Part shown: positions 16,953 to 20,456 of the stretch, piece by piece
Layout of the letters: each line of letters starts with the position of its first letter
Numbering within the stretch: the first letter of the stretch is position 1
Origin: Bdellovibrionia bacterium
Lineage (GTDB): Bacteria; Bdellovibrionota; UBA1018
DNA length: 20,456 nt
Reading direction: 5' to 3'
NCBI GenBank assembly: GCA_049424145.1
Contig: JBMSSC010000037.1
Location: 1-20,456 of the forward strand
Position numbers and translations under genes: made by a program
The notes under the pieces: generated by a model
Databases searched by the model: none
Seen by the model: the letters and a program-made list of their open reading frames with translations, nothing else
What the model was told of the DNA's origin: nothing

Positions 16953-17870
16953 TTAAACTGCTCCTAACATCAGCCACACTCCAACCACCACTAAAACCAC
17001 CCCAAAAGTCCGCTCGAGGGAGAACTTTTCTAACTTCCACATCACCGCAATTGGAACGGCAATCACTGGAGATAACGAAGCTAAAGTTGAACCTAAAAAC
17101 AAAGATGAGTGAGAAAGACCGTAGAAATAAAAATACGATCCCCCGAAGGCTTCGATCAAAAATAACCAAAGAGACCCGATCAGCTGTTTCTTCGGCAGCA
17201 AGATAGCCTCATTTTTTGCCATCACTCGACTTATAACCAAAGTGATGAGTAAGCCAATCGACATGCGAATGGAATTTCCCACCGGAGGGATTAAACCCAT
17301 TCCCCCACGAGCTGTGGCAAAACTATTGGTGGCCCAACACATCGAAGCAAAAACGGCCAGACCAAAACCGAGGAAGGAAAATGAACTTTGGGGCTGTCCT
17401 TTTTTCTTTGATTTTTCAGGGCTATTGAGAATCACAAAAACGACTCCCGCCAGCGTCAACAGCAATCCTAGGAATTGAACGGCTGTGATGGACTCCTGAT
17501 AGGCAAAGTACCCTCCAAGAACTGTCCAGACTGGATAACATGAAGCAATGGCCAGTGCTGAGGGAAGGCCAATTTTCTTCGTACTGGCCAAGAAAACGAC
17601 ATCCCCTACACCGTAGCTTGCCAGCATGGAAAGAGAAAGCCAGCCCACTTGAGAGGCTTGAACATTTTTAAAGTACCCAATGCCCTCAGAAAGCCCGCCT
17701 GCGATCAAAAAGGTCGTGATCAAGGAAAGAGGAAACGACACTAGGGCTCGAGCAAAATTAATAGCATAAGCCGAATGCTTCTTCGATAATTGCGAATACC
17801 CGGCAGACCCAATGGCCCAGGTCAAGGCTGAGCAGAGGGCACACAAGGGTCCTAGAAAATTAGCTTCCAT
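16953..17870 (-). CDS. DMT/EamA family transporter
   Basis: About 10 TM segments in two EamA-like repeats (ALTWA/SMCWA; YQESIT/KLEKFS); AAGGAG SD. Confidence 0.88.
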   Translation of the reverse strand: MEANFLGPLCALCSALTWAIGSAGYSQLSKKHSAYAINFARALVSFPLSLITTFLIAGGLSEGIGYFKNVQASQVGWLSLSMLASYGVGDVVFLASTKKIGLPSALAIASCYPVWTVLGGYFAYQESITAVQFLGLLLTLAGVVFVILNSPEKSKKKGQPQSSFSFLGFGLAVFASMCWATNSFATARGGMGLIPPVGNSIRMSIGLLITLVISRVMAKNEAILLPKKQLIGSLWLFLIEAFGGSYFYFYGLSHSSLFLGSTLASLSPVIAVPIAVMWKLEKFSLERTFGVVLVVVGVWLMLGAV

Positions 17871-17890
17871 GAGAGATTCTCTCCTTTAAT

Positions 17891-18703
17891 TCAAACTTCA
17901 CTTAAATTGCCTATGGGAGCAGGCTTGAGCAATCCTGCTTTTAACTTCACCTCAGCATCGGATGCTCGCAAATACACGGGACTGACTTGAAGTCCCTCAA
18001 GGAGTCTTCCGGCTTGAACGGCTTCAAAACTGAGCAAGCCAGCATAGCGCCCTTGAATCTGATCCGAAAAAAATGAGCGATCCAAGAGCCGTTTAGATTC
18101 CGGTAATTCTTCCCAAACCTCAGAATACCTGGTTCGAGCCTCTCCGACTACCATCCATTTGGAATTTCTCCCTAACGCCGAGAGTTTCTTCTTCAGTCTT
18201 CCCACGAGTAACGAAGGAGGAAGCACTTCCTCTGAATAAGACCCCTGAAGAATCTCAGGAGCACTGCCCCAAAGGGCAAACAACTCCCCTTTGCAGGCAT
18301 CCGTGGCGGCCACAATCAGAACCGGACTCGAAGATCCACCTGAGGCATGGAGTGCAACGGGCCGAGCCAAGGCCGAAAGCGAAGAAAACGATACCACCGG
18401 TTTTTTTAGAAAATGACCTAGCGTGCGCGCTGTGGTCACTCCGATTCGAAGCCCTGTGAAACTGCCAGGCCCCACACCCACGCCCCAATAATCCACTTGA
18501 TGGAGCTTCCAGCGTGCGGATTCTAGGACTTGATGAACCCCCCAAAGCAGACGCTCTGAATGATTCAAATCCACATTCAGCGTCAGCTCGGCAACCAAGC
18601 GAAAGGGTTCATGAGCCCCAAGAGTGATCTTGGGATCTTCTCCCCATTCAATGGCAACTAAGCTTGCAGTCTTTGATGAAGTATCCCATGCTAAGAGTTT
18701 CAT
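17891..18703 (-). CDS. tsaB: tRNA threonylcarbamoyladenosine biosynthesis protein TsaB
   Basis: LAWDTSS, HSERL, GVGPGSFTGLRIG, DACKGE, PVYLRASDAE. Confidence 0.95.
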   Translation of the reverse strand: MKLLAWDTSSKTASLVAIEWGEDPKITLGAHEPFRLVAELTLNVDLNHSERLLWGVHQVLESARWKLHQVDYWGVGVGPGSFTGLRIGVTTARTLGHFLKKPVVSFSSLSALARPVALHASGGSSSPVLIVAATDACKGELFALWGSAPEILQGSYSEEVLPPSLLVGRLKKKLSALGRNSKWMVVGEARTRYSEVWEELPESKRLLDRSFFSDQIQGRYAGLLSFEAVQAGRLLEGLQVSPVYLRASDAEVKLKAGLLKPAPIGNLSEV

Positions 18704-20379
18704 AAATAAAAGAGACGGGCGATATCATTCTTAAACGCCACTCCCATGAGAGCAAGGATCATAAAAATACCGACTCCTTGAATGATCTCTCTTTGAGACA
18801 ACGACAGAGGCTTGCCTCGAATGGCTTCAACACCTAAGAGCAGGAGATGGCCCCCATCTAAAGCAGGGATGGGAAGAATATTTAAAACCCCGAGACCCAC
18901 AGAGAAAATCGCCATGTTGGTGAGAAAAGCAATCAAGCCGCGACTCAGCGATTCTCCTGCGATCTTGCCCATAAGAATGGGCCCTCCTAGGTTGCCAACG
19001 GAGACCTGGCCTGTGACCATTTTTTTCAAAAGTACCAAGTTTTTCCATGAAAAACTCACCATACGCTCGGTGGCGCGAATCACCAGTGTCAGAGGATTGA
19101 AGACCCGCTCAATGTAAGTGACAGGTTCAGCAAAAACGAGCATGGGCATGACGCCTACGGTATACGAGGTGGTCTGATTCAGCAGCGGATCACGCCCCTG
19201 CGTCACACTGGGGCGGATGACCACTTCATACTGCTTTCCCATCCTCTCCCACTGAAGGGAGACTGTCCCCTGCGTCTCCCCCCCTTTTTGAACGGCACTT
19301 TTGAGTTCAAAAAAACTATGAACCGTTTGTCCTGCCACAGCAGTGATTCGATCCCCACTTTGAATACCCGCTGCCTCAGCCGGTGATCCTGCCACGGGGC
19401 GCTCAACGAAAAGCTCCGAGGAGTAAAGACCAAAATCTACCTCGAGTCCCTGGGAGTTCTCAGGTTTCATCAACTCCACCGCCTTAAGACCCGTTTGCGC
19501 CTCGGAAACACGGCCCGACTTCACCTCAAGCTGAAGGCTTTGACGAGGGCTCAACTGTCGGTACATTGACTCGAGCTCTTCCCAGTTTTTTAACTTCTGT
19601 TGATTGACTTGAATGATTTGGTCTCCGGTTTGAAGACCTAAAACAGCCGCTTGGGAATTAGGATTCGATACCCCCACTTGATTGCCGCGAGGAAAGGCCA
19701 AAAGACCACTTAAATCCCCCACTGCGGTGGACTCGCCGTAGGAGCTGAGCCCTGGTTGAGAGGACGTTTCCACCTCAATCTCAGTACTCTCCGTTGACTG
19801 AGGATGACGAACTGTGAAGATGAGTTTTTGATTTGGATTTTCATTTAAAATCTGAGCCACTTCATCGAACTTTTGGACTGCCTGACCGGAGATTTTTAAA
19901 ATATCATCCCCGCTTTGAAAACCGGCTTTTTCAGCCATGGATCCCTGCACAACACGACCAATGTGGCTTGAAACTTGGGGCTCACCGACGACGAGAATCA
20001 CCATGAAAATGAAGACGGCTAGAATGAAGTTAAAAAGAGGCCCTCCAAAGAAAATAAAAAATCGCTTCCATGGCTTTTGCTTGTGGAGTGCACGTTTGAG
20101 CTCTGCTTCGGAAAGAGGTGCCTCTTGAGAATCTTGATCCTCGCCCAAAAGCTTCACGTAGCCGCCAATGGGAACGGCAGAAAGCCTAAAATCCGTCTCG
20201 CCCCACTTGCGCGACCAGATCTTAGGTCCCATGCCCACGGAGAAAATTTCGGCTTTTACCCCAAAAAGTCGAGCAAACACGAAATGCCCAAACTCATGGA
20301 AGATCACCAGAGGCACCAAAATCACAATAAAAGCAAAAACGGAATGAACGAAGGAACTAAGCCAAGTTACAAAAGCCAT
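18700..20379 (-). CDS. rseP: RIP metalloprotease RseP (site-2 protease) with three PDZ-like domains
   Basis: HEFGH, FSVGMGP, PIGGYVKL, GGPLFN, NILPIPALDGG; three GD.I..V/I PDZ-like repeats; GGAGG SD. Confidence 0.96.
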   Translation of the reverse strand: MAFVTWLSSFVHSVFAFIVILVPLVIFHEFGHFVFARLFGVKAEIFSVGMGPKIWSRKWGETDFRLSAVPIGGYVKLLGEDQDSQEAPLSEAELKRALHKQKPWKRFFIFFGGPLFNFILAVFIFMVILVVGEPQVSSHIGRVVQGSMAEKAGFQSGDDILKISGQAVQKFDEVAQILNENPNQKLIFTVRHPQSTESTEIEVETSSQPGLSSYGESTAVGDLSGLLAFPRGNQVGVSNPNSQAAVLGLQTGDQIIQVNQQKLKNWEELESMYRQLSPRQSLQLEVKSGRVSEAQTGLKAVELMKPENSQGLEVDFGLYSSELFVERPVAGSPAEAAGIQSGDRITAVAGQTVHSFFELKSAVQKGGETQGTVSLQWERMGKQYEVVIRPSVTQGRDPLLNQTTSYTVGVMPMLVFAEPVTYIERVFNPLTLVIRATERMVSFSWKNLVLLKKMVTGQVSVGNLGGPILMGKIAGESLSRGLIAFLTNMAIFSVGLGVLNILPIPALDGGHLLLLGVEAIRGKPLSLSQREIIQGVGIFMILALMGVAFKNDIARLFYL

Positions 20380-20394
20380 GATGAGGACCTCCTG

Positions 20395-20456
20395 TTAACC
20401 AAAAACCCGGATACAAGCATACAGAACGGGGAGGCTAAACACCACACCATCGAAGC
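20395..20456 (-). CDS. cdsA: Phosphatidate cytidylyltransferase, C-terminal fragment
   Basis: The minus frame reads FDGVVFSLPVLYACIRVFG* (DRFD..F..P motif of CdsA), in the usual position upstream of rseP. Confidence 0.75.
   Translation of the reverse strand, partial: FDGVVFSLPVLYACIRVFG

Noticed and set aside
16885..17169. 94-aa minus ORF and other short nested or antisense ORFs in the track
   Set aside because: They overlap well-supported genes in other frames and show no motifs.

Overview
This is a bacterial chromosomal segment; gene content and protein style suggest Bdellovibrionota or a deltaproteobacteria-like lineage (inference). From left to right it holds a truncated minus-strand PEGA/TPR lipoprotein with hexapeptide repeats (absent from the ORF track), an ABC-2 exporter operon, and a 658-bp structured intergenic region. 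Next come an atypical parA-parB pair, a DUF1460 amidase, a FemABX-like GNAT, MscS and a PilZ protein. The rest is a long minus-strand run: cdsA(partial)-rseP-tsaB-DMT-pssA-asd-CFI-box surface protein-OM barrel-truA-tig. The main candidate novel system is a plasmid-type-Ia-like ParABS locus among housekeeping genes, with no rep, integrase or transposase in the window. Its ParA has an N-terminal HTH and its ParB has a non-canonical recognition helix. Three copies of a non-canonical 16-bp palindrome, GGTCGCCRTGGCGACC, lie at 3579, 4106 and 4402 (candidate new parS), alongside a 13-bp tandem array bracketed by 18-bp direct repeats. Hand-sampled GC skew and gene orientation suggest the locus is near a replication terminus rather than an origin.
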